Assembly: GCF_006345805.1 (NCBI RefSeq) | Contig: NC_042998.1 | Span: forward strand, 48,980,001 to 49,044,000 | Reading direction: 5' to 3' | DNA from: Octopus sinensis | Lineage: Eukaryota | DNA length: 64,000 nucleotides | In this document: positions 25,990 through 39,264 of the stretch, one piece after another | Layout: every line of letters begins with the position of its first letter | Position numbering within the stretch: position 1 is the first letter of the stretch | Notes under the pieces: model-generated | Database searches by the model: none | What the model was told of the DNA's origin: nothing | The model's input: the letters and a program-made list of their open reading frames with translations, nothing else | Program-made: the position numbers and the translations under genes

Positions 25990-26405
25990 ATAGTAGAGTC
26001 AGAGATATTGGACATCATGATACTTCGGGAAGCGCAAAACGTGAGCAAAAGGAAGACCAAGAAAGAAATACATCCATGTGATATCAAAATTATGTGAGTT
26101 GACAGAATATTTTGATGTTCCTGGTAGTACAATAAAGACTGAAGCTGAAAATGCAGGGACAGGTAATACTAACGTGGCAGAAGGCATATAGTAAAAGCCA
26201 AAAATGAAATAAGAAGTAAAAAAGAAAAATGTACTTTAATGAACGGAAGGGACCACTCAGAAGACCTCTAATCAGGTGGGAAGACGATTAAAGAAAGATA
26301 TTTGGAACAAGGTGGAGGAGAATGGCAAATGCGCGAGAGGAATGGAACAAATGCTGTGGCCAGCGGATCGACTTGGCACAGGACAGCCTGGCCGATCCAG
26401 GTGAT
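25990..26405 (+). mobile_element. RTE-clade LINE 3'-end remnants
   Basis: KGRPRKKYI and RRPLIRWEDD..FGTRWRRMANAREEW motifs. Confidence 0.6.
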
Positions 26406-26589
26406 TTTAATGACATAGGTGAATGACCAAACAATCAAGATCATTGCAATCGTAAAAACTGGATAATCAACAAAAAAAATTATGAATGTCAGCAGTTTAA
26501 TTAGGACATTTTTCCGATTATGAGATTGTATGAAAATAAAAAGAAATCACAACTTTGTCATAAGTTTTATTTCACATTCATTCATAGAT

Positions 26590-26930
26590 ATCCCACTGCG
26601 TGGCACCTTGGGCCGCTGTCTTCTACACTAGCTTTGGGCCGACTAAAACCTTGTGAGTGGACTTGATAAATGGAAGCTGGATGAAGTCCGTTGTGTATGT
26701 GTGTGTGCGTGTGTGTGTGTGTGTGTGTATGTATCCACCACCGCTTGACAACCGGTGTTGGTTTGTTTGCGTCCCCGTAACTTAGCGGTTCGACAAAAGA
26801 GAAATGATAGAATAAGTACCAGGCTTAAGAAATAAGGACTGAGTTCGATGCATTCGACTAAAAATTATTCCAGGCAGGCGGTGCCCCAGTATGGCCGCAG
26901 TCTAATGACTGAAACAAATAAAAGACAAAA
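26590..26930 (+). mobile_element. SINE family A
   Basis: CORE-like body and tail. Confidence 0.85.
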
Positions 26931-27139
26931 GACACCAACAAGAAACACAAGAAATTATCTAATGGTGACGCTCATGGTGACATTGTTCGTTCATTTTGTG
27001 AAAAGAATTTCAGATACCAGGTAGACATTTTATGCAGATACAGAAAAAGCATTTTTACGTAGCGTTACGTCAATGGATTAAGTCTTGGATGACGTTTAAA
27101 AGAAGAGTGATCAGAAGAAAGAGTATGGTCTTTCTTAAG

Positions 27140-27500
27140 TTCTTCTATTTGTTCCAGTCATTTGACAGCAGCCATGCTGGAGCACCGCCTTTAGTCGAAC
27201 AAATCGACCCCAGTACATATTCCTTGTAAGTCTAGTACTTATTCTGTCGACCTCTTTTGCCGTACCGCTAAATTACGGGGACGTAAACACACCAATATAC
27301 ACACACACACACACACACAAATATGTATTTATATATATATACGACGGGATTCTTTCAGTTTCCGTCTACAAAATCCACTCACAAAGCTTTGGTCAGCCCG
27401 GGGCTATAGTAGAAGACACTTGCCCTAGGTGCCACGCAGTGGGACTGAACCCGGAACCATGTGGTCGGTAAGCAAGCTATTTATCACACAGCCACTCCTG
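27140..27500 (-). mobile_element. SINE family A
   Basis: Reverse-complement copy, inverted relative to 26590-26930. Confidence 0.85.
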
Positions 27501-27544
27501 TTGATTTTTTTATTTACTTTTGTTTATGCTTTATGTTTTTTAAG

Positions 27545-28610
27545 GTAAAAAGCAAGCAGAATCGTTAGCACGCCTGGCAAAATGCTTAGCGGCATTTCAT
27601 CCGTCTTTACGCTCTGAGTTCAAATTTTTGTCGAGGTCGATTTTGCTTTTTCAACCATTCGGGGGTCGATAAAATAAGTACCAGTTGAACACTAGGGTGG
27701 AAGTAATCGACTCCCCCTTCCCTCGAAATTGTTAGCCTTGTGCTAAAATTTGAAACCAATTTTAATTATATGTTTGTCTAAGACGGCGAACTGGCAGAAC
27801 CGTATTCGCACTGGACAAGATGCTCAGCGGCATTTCTTCCGACTTCACGTTCTGAGTTCAAATTCCGCCGAGATCGATTTTGCTTTGATCTTTTCTATTG
27901 TCGATAAAATAAGTACTAGTAGGCACTGTGGTCGATGTAACTAACTTCCCCGCCACTCAAATTTGCTGGCCACGCGCCAAAATAAAAAAAGTATTATTTA
28001 TACGCTGCATATCGGAAAATGAGAACACACCATCTCTGTAGAATAAGGGTTTCCCCCTGAAATTTTAAGCCTTCTAACTTGAGAAATGGGCAAGAGAAGG
28101 AACCCAAATAGTTGAATATTAGTCCAAAATGTAGACATCATTGTGAGCTAGAGATATAATGAAAGAAAACTACAAATAGCGAAATTTATGTACCTAGCTG
28201 GCTGGCCATTATATGAACGATTATTATTAAAAACATGTGCATATATTATGTATTAAGGCTGCGAGCTGGCAGAAACGTTAGCACGCTAGGCGAAATGCGT
28301 ACCGTATTTCGTCTGCCGTTACGTTCTGAGTTAAAATTCCGCCGATGTCGACTTTGCCTTTCATCCTTTCGGGGTCGATAAATTAAGTACCAGTTACGCA
28401 CTGGGGTCGATGCAATCGACTTAATCCGTTTGTCTGTCTTTGTTTGTCCCCTCTGTGTTTAGCCCCTTGTGGTTAGTAAAGAAATAGGTATTTCGCATGT
28501 CGATACGTTCTGAGTTCAAATTCCGCTGAAGTGACATTGCCTTTCATCCTTTCACTGAGGTCGATGTAATTGACTCATCCCCATCTCTCCCAAGCTGCCC
28601 TTGTAGCAAA
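27545..28610 (+). mobile_element. Three SINE family B copies
   Basis: Copies at ~27545-27760, 27780-27985 and 28256-28610. Confidence 0.85.
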
Positions 28611-29108
28611 AATTTTTTAAATAATTATTAAAGATATGTACTCAAACTTCGCTGAAAACTATGTATAAGACTTCGAAATTATTTTTTTTTAAAAAACTAA
28701 TTGATAGAATTGTCAGAGATATTATGAGTTATTTTGTGGTATCTGCCCCGGCTCTTGGAGTTAAAATTATTCTCCACCTTACTGGAGACCCATCAGTAGT
28801 AAGCTGGGTTGCGGGTGCGAGGCAGTGATACTGAGTCCAGTGTAAAAAAAATGACAGTTTATGAAACTCCCCTGAACTCACAAAATTTATATTTTTTTTT
28901 TCTTTTACTTGTTTCAGTCATTTGACTGCGGCTATGCTGGAGCACCGCCTTTAGTCGAGCAAATCGACCCCAGGACTTATTCTTTGGAAGCTTAGTACTT
29001 ATTCTATCGGTCTCTTTTGCCGAACCGCTATGTTACGGGGACGTAAACACACCAGCATCGGTGTGGGGGACAAACACAGACACACAAACATATACACACA
29101 CACATACA

Positions 29109-29163
<55 letters not shown>

Positions 29164-29447
29164 TTTCAACAATTGAGGGTAAAATTAATTAATTATTAAT
29201 CAATTTCACCAAGTATTCAGTATGTAAAGGGACCATTTTAGGCGAATTCAAAATATTACATTATATATAAGGGCTTAGTAAAATAAATTACTTTGCCACA
29301 TACTGAACTCATTAGAAATAGCAGCTAAAGAAATTTCTTCAGCTATTTCTAATACTTAAAGAAGATCTCTCTCAGATAGTGCTTGCCTAAACCAACTCAC
29401 AAAGGTATGGGGGAAAAAACATTAAAAAATCAAGTGCAAAGGTTATT

Positions 29448-29499
29448 TGAGAACGTACGTTTCTAGATTAGTCAATTCGACATTTCTTTCGTCAGCTCA
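29448..29499 (-). ncRNA. Minimal type-I hammerhead ribozyme motif
   Basis: Mirror copy of 29556-29607. Confidence 0.7.
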
Positions 29500-29555
29500 G
29501 AATTCCTTGAATCGGATTTGGGAACACTGTGTTCCCAATCCGATTCAAGGAATTC

Positions 29556-29607
29556 TGAGCTGACGAAAGAAATGTCGAATTGACTAATCTAGAAACGTAC
29601 GTTCTCA
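29556..29607 (+). ncRNA. Minimal type-I hammerhead ribozyme motif
   Basis: TGAG-CTGACGA-a-aga..tct-a-GAAAC-gtac-GTT-CTCA; stem I TGAG/CTCA; palindromic stem III AACGTACGTT. Confidence 0.7.
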
Positions 29608-29824
29608 ATAACCTTTGCACTTGATTTTTTAATGTTTTTTCCCCCATACCTTTGTGAGTTGGTTTAGGCAAGCACTATCTGAGAGAGATCTTCTTTAAGT
29701 ATTAGAATAGCTGAAGAAATTTCTTTAGCTGCTATTTCTAATGAGTTCAGTATGTGGCAAAGTAATTTATTTTACTAAGCCTTATATATAATATATATAT
29801 ATATATAATATATATATATATAAC

Positions 29825-30239
29825 AGCAGGAGTGGCTGTTTGGTAAGTAGCTTGCTAACCAACCACATGGTTCCGGGTTCAGTCCCACTGCGTGGCATCT
29901 TGGGCAAGTGTCTTCTGCTATAGCCCCGGGCCGACCAATGCCTTGTGAGTGGATTTGGTAGACGGAAACTGAAAGAAGCCTGTCGTATATATGTATATAT
30001 ATATAAGTGTGTGCGAATATGTTTGTGTGTCTGTGTTTGTTTCCCAGCATTGCTTGACAACCGATGCTAGTGTGTTTACGTCCCCGTCACTTAGCGGTTC
30101 GGCAAAAGAGACCGATAGAATAAGTACTGGGCTTACAAAGAATAAGTCCCGGGGTCGATTTGCTCGACTAAAGGCGGTGCTCCAGCATGGCCGCAGTCAA
30201 ATGACTGAAACAAGTAAAAAGAGTAAAAAGAGTAAAGAG

Positions 30240-30240
<1 letters not shown>
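29825..30240 (+). mobile_element. SINE family A, full length
   Basis: tRNA head, CORE-like body, (GAGTAAAA)n tail; an inverted head fragment follows at 30275-30440. Confidence 0.92.
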
Positions 30241-30271
<31 letters not shown>

Positions 30272-30576
30272 TATACGACAGGCTTCTTTCAGTTTCCGTC
30301 TACCAAATCCACTCACAAGGTTTTGGTCGGCCCGAGGCTATAGTAGAAGACACCTGCCCAAGGTGCCACGCAGTAGGAATGAACCCGTAACCATGCGGTT
30401 GGTAAGCAAGCTACTTTCCACACAGCCACTCCCGCGCCTTTTCATAAGAGATTTCATAAGAGTCCTGTGCATTTTTATGAATGCAGGAGTATTCATATTT
30501 TTCATTTTCATGAGGGTACACCGAGGGAAATTTTAATTAATAAAATTGTACTGCATGGATTAAAATCAGGTTAGTA

Positions 30577-30942
30577 CAGCAATCCCTCACCATATCGCGG
30601 TTCACCTATCGCGGTTTATTATTTAAGCTCTCGTCGATTCCTCTGTGGTGTTGTTTTGCATTTATAATAAAATAAATATATAAAAATTATAAAAATAGCT
30701 TTTAAGATATACAGTACAGTCACTAGCGTAGCTGGGGTGGGGGCACCACAGGCGGTACTTTTGGGTCTGCTATAGGCAATATGTGTTTCTTTGTGGGGCT
30801 CGGGGCGGCGAACGGAAGGGCCGCCCCGGGCGGCACACACTCTAGCTACGCTAGTGAGTATAGTACTGTTTCTACTTCGCGAATTTTCACCTATCGCGGG
30901 AGGTTTTGGAACGTAACACCCGCGTTAGTCGAGGGATTACTG
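30577..30942. mobile_element. Tigger/pogo-like MITE
   Basis: TIR cagcaatccctc / gagggattactg; TA flanks. Confidence 0.8.
30721..30856. mobile_element. Small hAT-like MITE nested in the Tigger-like element
   Basis: TIR cactagcgtagct / agctacgctagtg; 8-bp TSD agtacagt/agtatagt. Confidence 0.8.
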
Positions 30943-31322
30943 TATATGACTTCATTGCTATTAGAATCCCCACATCTTAATAATGTACCATTATGCTCTA
31001 GAGATAAACAGGTGTATAACTCAATAAATAATTTGCAGTAAAAAGATACTGAATGAAATCAATAATAAGTTATAATACTTCGCTAAAGTTCGTAAATAAA
31101 CACAGTCTATGAATAATACTTTTGCAGACCTACTCTTAAGCATTTGTAAGCATTCAAATACCATGTACATGCATATTCATATATAAAAAATTTTATATAG
31201 ACTAATATATGCAAGTCCTCGCACTTTTATGTCCTCGCATTTCACAGGCATGTACATATACATATGTACGTATATACAGACATGCATATACATATACACA
31301 TTCATACACATACACACATACC

Positions 31323-31358
<36 letters not shown>

Positions 31359-31398
31359 TGTATGTATGTATGTATGTATGTATGTATATATCTATCTA

Positions 31399-31432
<34 letters not shown>

Positions 31433-31598
31433 CATACATATAAATGTGCAAAAAACATATGAATGTGAGTATATACATGCGTATGTATGTATATATGTGT
31501 GTGTGTATAAATACATGTATATATTTGTACACATACATTGATAGGTGCACACAGACCTACATATATAATCAGACAGACAGACAGACAGCTAGCTAGCG

Positions 31599-31706
<108 letters not shown>

Positions 31707-32503
31707 GTTATATTTTAGAGTTGACATTTTAAAGACACCAGGTTTCTAGGCTACATCAAAAGGGCTCATTCGAAACAAACAGGTTGTATTACATCTGAAA
31801 TTACATTTCCATAACACATAATTTCACTTAAAAGTGTTTTCATGTAGTGAATAATAACCCTGACCTTTAAAGTTCTCCTTGTACTGGTGTTTTACATAAC
31901 ATGTATGCCTATATACGCTCGGGGTTCATTTTGAGCAGGCGATAGAACCTCCCTAAATTTGTATATTCTCTGTGGTAAAACCGTGTTTTGTTACTGAAAG
32001 ATTCTTCAATCTGCTCCAACAATTATATAATTGCTATGCAAATTTCGTTAACATACTATGTTCATTCCATTACTATATACGAGTTTTCTTTTCGTACAAC
32101 ATACTAAAAAAAAAAGCAGTTAATTTATATTTCCATCTTCAGATTTTCTGCACGCATTCTCTGAAAGGAGTTGGGGCACAAGTAGCGGAGTGCCATAGCA
32201 GCTGTTACTGAAAAATCCTGCTCCAGCATGAACATGAACAGATCTTGTAACTTGTTGCAGATCAAAAATATTTTCTACTTTTGGATTCGAAATACAAAAC
32301 TAATAGTTGCCTTTCTGTCCACGAATTTCAGTATATTTCTAAATCAGTACATACATACATACATACATACATACATACATACATACATACATACATACAT
32401 ACATACATACATACATACATACGTACATACATACATTCATTCATGCATACATACATACATACATACATACATACATACATACATACATACATACATACAT
32501 ACA

Positions 32504-32534
<31 letters not shown>

Positions 32535-32954
32535 GTCAGCATCAAGATGTACATACATACATACATGCGTAACTGAAAGAACAAATCCGTATATACATTA
32601 GTAAGTACGTGAATGTCCGTACACATTGTTAATACACGGGTATGCTATCCTTGGCTCTACCCTAGTGTCCTTGCCTCGATTCTGTTGAATCATGCAAATA
32701 ATTATGAAAGTGTGTATGTATGCATATGCATATATGTATGTGTGTGTATGTGTGTTTAGTTCTCTCTTGCAACGGTGAAACCAGAAGTAGATAATGCTAT
32801 AAATAATAGCGTATAAATATTGAATAAAAAACAAACCCTTTTAGATAGAAAATTCGGAAACTGCCCGTGGGACACGAACTCGTATCTTCTATAAACATAA
32901 CAAAAGTCCTACAGTTGACTAAAGGTATCCTTTGAATTTCGTATGACGTTAACA

Positions 32955-32987
<33 letters not shown>

Positions 32988-33098
32988 GGAAGTTGAAAAT
33001 TCACTGTTTGGAAATTCTGGCTTGTAAGCGTTATTTTCTTTCTAGCCAGAAAGCGACAAACTTCGGAGTAGCGTAGCGGAAATCATCAGCTTCGAATG

Positions 33099-33239
<141 letters not shown>

Positions 33240-33384
33240 CGCACGTACACACGCACGCACGCACGCACGCACACACACAAACAAACACACACAGGGCTGG
33301 CTCAAAGTACCGGCAACTCGGGCAATCGCCAGGGGCGCCATGTATTATGGGGCGCGAAGAAGGGCGTGACAAAAACAAGGAAAT

Positions 33385-33870
33385 TTCCACGACAAAGTAG
33401 TCCTATTTCGCTAATTTCAACCAATCAATAACGTGTATTCAGCTGAAAAAAATTACTACCGTTGTTTGTCAACAAGAACTTCCGGCGGTGTATTTTTCGT
33501 TTGTCACTGTTATTTATGACAACCCTAACCCTAAAACCCTAACCCTACCCTAAAACTCTAACCCTAACCCTAAAACCCTAACCCTAAACCTAACCCTAAA
33601 ACCTTAAAGCTAAAGCCAGTACAAACGCACGAACGATGTCATAAATAACAGTGACAAACTGAATGACATGTATTCAGCTGAATACATGTCATTGATTGGT
33701 TGAAATTACCGAAATAGGACTACTTTGACGTGAAATTACTTCGTAAATATAAGTTTTTCTCAAAAATGCTAAGATGTTTCATATGACACGTTCTACCAGT
33801 GTCCGAAGTTTGAAAGTGTTTAGTTACAAAAAAATATTTTTTTAATCTGTCGGTCAAAAGATAATGATCC
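33385..33870. mobile_element. Foldback DNA element with internal (CCCTAA)n-like array
   Basis: Telomere-like repeats ~33520-33610 between inverted repeats; ends in gatcc and shares blocks with 38848-39264. Confidence 0.7.
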
Positions 33871-34147
33871 TTAAATTTTTCTCAGCTACAACTTTAATCT
33901 TTAAGCTCTCCAACGCCGTTGACTGTTAATCAGCACTTCAAGTTGGTCCTGAGAAAAAGGAAACAAAGTATTGTCAAATCTAACGCGTACACACTGTGTA
34001 TCTAAAACACATTAAACACCAGAATACCAACGCCGATTAAGAAGGATGTTAACCGTGGTATTAACCTGGGGGGCTTTCAACATTTAAAACAAAACAAGGA
34101 ATTACAGAAAACACAATTTTACATATAACTGGTAGGTATAATTGCAT

Positions 34148-34187
<40 letters not shown>

Positions 34188-34221
34188 TGGGGGGTGGTAT
34201 CACTGAGTTGTCTAATTTACA

Positions 34222-35341
34222 TGAAGGTGCGTAGCTTAGTGGTTAGGGTATTAGGCTTACGATCGTAAGGTTGTAAGCTCGATTTCCGGTAGCGCATTGT
34301 GTCCTTGAGCGAGACACTTTACTTCACGTTGCTCCAGTCCACACAGCTAGCAGAAATGAATAGTAGCCTTGTCACCTTCTGTGTCACGCTGAATCTCCCA
34401 GGGAATTATGTAAGGGTACGCGTGTCTGTGGAGTGCTCAGACACTTGCACGTTAATTTCACGAGCTGGCTGTTCCGATGATCGGTTAAATTGGAACCTCC
34501 ATCGCTCGTAACCGACGGAATGCCAGTTTTTCCTTTTGTCTAATATACATATCACACAGTGGAGGCGCAATGGCCCAGTGGTTAGGGCAGCGGACTCGCG
34601 GTCGGAGGATCGCGGTTTCGATCCCCAGACCGGGCGTTGTGAGTGTTTATTGAGCGAAAACACATAAAGCTCCACGAGGCTCCGGCAGGGGATGGTGGCG
34701 AACCCTGCTGTACTCTTTCACCACAACTTTCTCTCACTCTTACTTCCTGTTTCTGTTGTGCCTGTAATTCAAAGGGCTAGCTTTGTCACACTGTGTCACG
34801 CTGAATATCCCCGAGAACTACGTTAAGGGTACACGTGTCTGTGGAGTACTCAGCCACTTGCACATTAATTTTACGAGCAGGTTGTTCTGCTGATCGGATC
34901 AACTGGAACCCTTGTCATCGTAAGCGGTGGAGTGCCAACAACTACGTGGAGGCGAAATGGCCCAGTGGTTAGGGCAGCGGACTCGCGGTCGGAGGATCGT
35001 GGTTTCGATTCCCAGACCGGGCGTTGTGTGTGCTTATTGAGCGAAAACATCTAAAAGGTCCACGAGGCTCCGGCAGGGGGGTGGCGACCCCTGTTGTACT
35101 CTTTCGCTCCAACTTTTCTCTCACTCTTTCTTCTTGTTTCTTGTCCCCGACTTCCTACGCAACCACTGAGCCTGGATGCGCATTCATCCATCCGTCGATG
35201 CTCTCGGTGTCGGGGGTTGACCTGCTTTCTCTTCTGCGGGTCTTACGAATAGCAAAGGACCACGTTTCAGACTTCTCCCATCTTGCGAGCTCTGGGACGA
35301 AGATCGTTCGCTCAACAGCAACAGCAACCAGCAACCACAAC
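34222..35341 (+). mobile_element. Three tandem tRNA-derived SINEs with swapped modules
   Basis: Copies at 34222-34525, 34560-34942 and 34947-35341. Confidence 0.85.
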
Positions 35342-36037
35342 ATATCACAGATGTCAATGAAAACAGCCTTCCATATAAATGATTAACAAAGAGCATGTTT
35401 TGGTTATTCATGTCAGTGTCACATACAGACACAAGTTTAACTTTATCAGTAGTAATAAAAAGAAAATTTAAATTCTATTTGAATCCGAAGGAATATTTTT
35501 TTTATTCTTCTATTCAGTAATTCTCTAAAAGATTCATCTGAAACCAAATATCATGAGTTAGAAAGATCAAACTTAATTGTTACTGTTAGGAAAATCCTAA
35601 GTTCAAGTAAGTAATTATTAAATTAAATTTTTGCGCAGCAATTAAAATTATACTTGATCTCATTTTTTGGATGTAATTATCTTTCCATTTATATTACAGC
35701 TAAAACGACAAGAATTAAATGATTATTAATATTTAAACCCGGAAACAGTAGAGAAAACGGCATAAGGTGCTTTGTTAGCTATTACGTTCTGAGTTCAAAT
35801 ACTGGATTTCCAAATGACTTGAATTTTCAGCCTTGCGGTGTCGATAAATTAAGTACCAGTTGAACAAATGAGATAGCTCCCGCATACCCAAATTTCAGTC
35901 CTTGTGCCTAAAGTAGAAAGAATTGAAAACATAAGGTATTTAAACACACACACACACATATATATAGTTGGAATTTACAGAAAAACAGAAGACGAAGACA
36001 TGTGCATTAGTTTAACGCTCAGGGAAGGTGAGAAAGT

Positions 36038-36073
36038 CTTTTACGTTTCGAGCCTACGCTCTTCAACAGAAAG
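36038..36073 (-). ncRNA. Variant minimal hammerhead motif
   Basis: cttt-CTGTTGAA-gagc-gtag-gctc-GAAAC-GTA-aaag on the minus strand. Confidence 0.55.
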
Positions 36074-36233
36074 GAACTCAATGAAATAAACAGAGAGAGA
36101 ATAAAAAAAATAGTTTTAGGGGCTAGCGGTCAATCATGGCATATGTGTATATGTATGTATAAATAATATATATATATCATGATAGATCGTTAGCCACTAC
36201 ACACATTTTTTTCTCTCCTTGTTTTCTGTGTCC

Positions 36234-36269
36234 CTTTCTGTAGAAGAGCGTAGGCTCGAAACGTAAAAG
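36234..36269 (+). ncRNA. Variant minimal hammerhead motif
   Basis: cttt-CTGTAGAA-gagc-gtag-gctc-GAAAC-GTA-aaag; stems I and II pair perfectly. Confidence 0.55.
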
Positions 36270-36356
36270 ACTTTTTCTATTCCTGAGCGTTATACTAATA
36301 CATCTGTTTGTTTAGTACACCACCTGTCTTCGTCTTTTGTTTTTTTCGTAAACTCT

Positions 36357-36391
<35 letters not shown>

Positions 36392-36611
36392 TATTCACGT
36401 GCGCGTGCATTCACCCATACACACACACACACGCACACAGATGTTCTATACAACACAGTTTTGGAATTATTGTAAATGTGAGTTATTAGTTTTTAATAAA
36501 ACCACGATTCAGCTTCGCTATGTAAAGGAAATGAAGTGGGTTCACCAGAGGAAATATGTCACCCTAGACAAAAAAAATGATATCAATCTGTTTGGTGTCT
36601 GGCTTTGACAA

Positions 36612-36650
<39 letters not shown>

Positions 36651-36817
36651 TCTCTCTCTCTCTCCCTCTCTTGGGCAATTAGTAGGTTGTAATTTTAGTC
36701 CATAGTAACTTAGACCTAAGGTGTATACATACACACACACAGAGACACACATATATGTATGTACATTATATGTGTATGTATAAATAATACATATCATATA
36801 TGTATATGTATGTATAT

Positions 36818-36888
<71 letters not shown>

Positions 36889-37587
36889 TATACATAATAT
36901 ATACATATGTGTATGTTTAAGAGTGAGTTAGTGAGTGTGTGTGTGTGTGTGTGTGATTATTTGATTAATAGTGAGATTAACTTTTTCATTTTTCATTTTT
37001 GAAATGCAACGTATGCTCTATTTGATAACCATACAATTCTACCCCTACCCCCTCTCCGCTTTCCTCTTCTCAGCTCTCAGTCGAAAAGCATAGCTTAAAA
37101 CGTCAGCTCATTAACTCTTCGTGGGAATTAAACAGATCGACTATTCTATGGCCTTACTTTGTGACTTTGGATTGAGGATATTGAAAATAAGCAGAAGAAG
37201 GAATTTATAAAAGCTGAAAGATCATTCAGTTAGGACAAGCTCTCTAGTAACATTAGGCTTGGATCCCATTAAACACCCTATACTGGAAAGATAGAAACGG
37301 ACAATACACCCTCCCCCTATTTTGCCTTCGGTCTTGACACAGTGCGGGGAGCAACAATTACCGGTTATAAATCATCGGTATAACTAAAACAGCGATGGGA
37401 AAGCCCAGAAGTGCTGCTTGTGTAACAGATATTGCTATTAGGCATCGGACTGTTTAGCCACAGATAATGCCGTTGAAGTAGGGCGGACAACTAGGATCTT
37501 CATCCGTGGTCATTAATGGCAGACGGAGGCCTCAAATGAAGGGAGACGTGTATTGCAATAAGAAGGAAGAGATCGAGTACTGTAACT

Positions 37588-37910
37588 GGCGAACCAAGTC
37601 ATTTTATCGTTCTCCTTTGGCGAACACCTAAATCATTTTATCGATCTTGTTTGTCGAACCGCTAAGTCATTTTGTCGATCTCGTTTGACGACCGCTATGT
37701 CATTTTATCGATCTCGTTTGGCGAACCGCTAAGTCATTTTATCGAACTCGTTTGGCGAACCGCTAAGTCATTTTATCGATCACGTTTGGCGAACCGCTAA
37801 GTCATTTTATCGATCTTGTTTGGCGAACCGCTAAGTCATTTTATTGATCTTCTTTGGCGCACCGCTAATTTATTTGATCGATCTCGATTGGCGAACCGCT
37901 AAGTTATTTT
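37588..37910. repeat. 34-bp minisatellite, ~9.5 copies
   Basis: Unit ggcgaaccgctaagtcattttatcgatctcgttt, no spacers. Confidence 0.95.
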
Positions 37911-37914
37911 AAGA

Positions 37915-38215
37915 TTGGACACATTTTGCCCGATTTCAATGTAACTTTCAACATGGTAAAGTGGAAGTGGATAAGTAATTTAAGCGCTGAAATCTAATTT
38001 TTTTTATAAATGGGAGAGAGATGTATAGTGAAATATAGAGAGTAAGAGAAATCGAGGGATAGTCCGAGAGAAAGGAAGAGTAAGAGAGTGGGAAAGTGAG
38101 AAAGAAAGGAGAGAGAAACAAAGAGGGAGAATGTGGCTATAAGAAACAGAAAGGAAGTAACAGAAAGTAACAACCACACCCTCACCTGCGCGTAGAGCGG
38201 GTCACCTTAAGCTAG
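37915..38215 (+). mobile_element. Non-autonomous Helitron-like 3' part
   Basis: Hairpin acctgcgc-gta-gagcgggt ~10 nt before CTAG|T. Confidence 0.6.
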
Positions 38216-38847
38216 TCTATGATATAAAGATGAAAATCGTGAAGTCATCTTAATTACAAGATAGTACATTTGTTTGAATCAAGATGCCGCTGTGGAGAAT
38301 TGTATCTAAAACTATGTTTGTGAACTTACTTTTGGTAATAATGAAACAAAAAAGGCATTGAAGTACTACCGTTCGGTTTGCTGAAAGAAGAATTTGAATA
38401 GGAATGCGAGGAACATCTCCAAATGGAACCAACAGAGAAGCTAATTATCGCAGTGACAGTCTATTTTCAGTATGCTTAGTTGGGCTATTACCAAATTGAG
38501 GGCAAAGAAGGCATTAGGTTCATCAAAAGTGATGAGGTGTTGATATGCTGAAAGCAAAAGGGTATGTATCTCATATTACAAATAATAACAACAACAACAA
38601 ATAGGTTTACGTACTAAGCGATGCCAACAGCATGAAAAACGTCAGTAAAATTTATGTTAATATATTAGCATATGTATCGTGAGTATCAAAAGTCTAATTA
38701 AAAATACCAATGCAATGAGGGGAAAGACAGTTTTAGCTCAATGCCTATTATTGCCATCTTAATCATTTCCGCAAAAAATGGGAGACAACTACGAACGTGA
38801 TTCAGTTTTAGTAATGTCCACATTGAAGCTTAGACGGCACTTTACTC

Positions 38848-39264
38848 GGATCTTTTCGGTTTGAACGGCAGTTTTTTTTAATAATCTCTAGGTAACTAAA
38901 AAAATTTAAATTTCGTATATAGGTAGAATGTGTTTATAAAACATCTTTTTCTCTTGGCTTTATTGAGAAAATTCTATAGTTTGTAAGATATTTGTTGTTG
39001 TTTTTTTTCTTCAATTTCTGCAATTTCAACCAATCAATGACTTCTATTGAGGTAAAAGAAACATTCTGTGTCGTATGAATACGTCCCTCGTTTAAGAAAC
39101 AGATTGGGTTTATTTACATTTCTGAAGAAAAAAAGATAGCCTTCATCCCACCCCTAACCCTAAAACAGATTGAAATGCAATAGATCGATACTAGGGTCAT
39201 AATTATGGGTGACAATTTCATATGACACCGCTAGAAAAAACTGCCGTTCAAACCGAAAAGATCC
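38848..39264. mobile_element. TIR MITE (GGATC ends) with short telomeric core
   Basis: TIR ggatcttttcggtttgaacggcagttt; perfect 8-bp TSD ctttactc. Confidence 0.92.

Larger units (their letters stand above)
29260..29792. repeat. ~530-bp near-perfect palindrome of a Penelope-pLTR-like element
   Basis: Arms mirror around gggaacac-t-gtgttccc (centre 29528). Confidence 0.95.

Noticed and set aside
33520-33610. True telomere or chromosome fusion site
   Set aside because: Short degenerate array inside a dispersed inverted-repeat element
34560-34635. tRNA gene
   Set aside because: A/B boxes present but no proper cloverleaf; it is a SINE head repeated several times
37588-37910. 34-bp repeat as a CRISPR array
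   Set aside because: Units are contiguous with no unique spacers; eukaryotic context; SINE-derived
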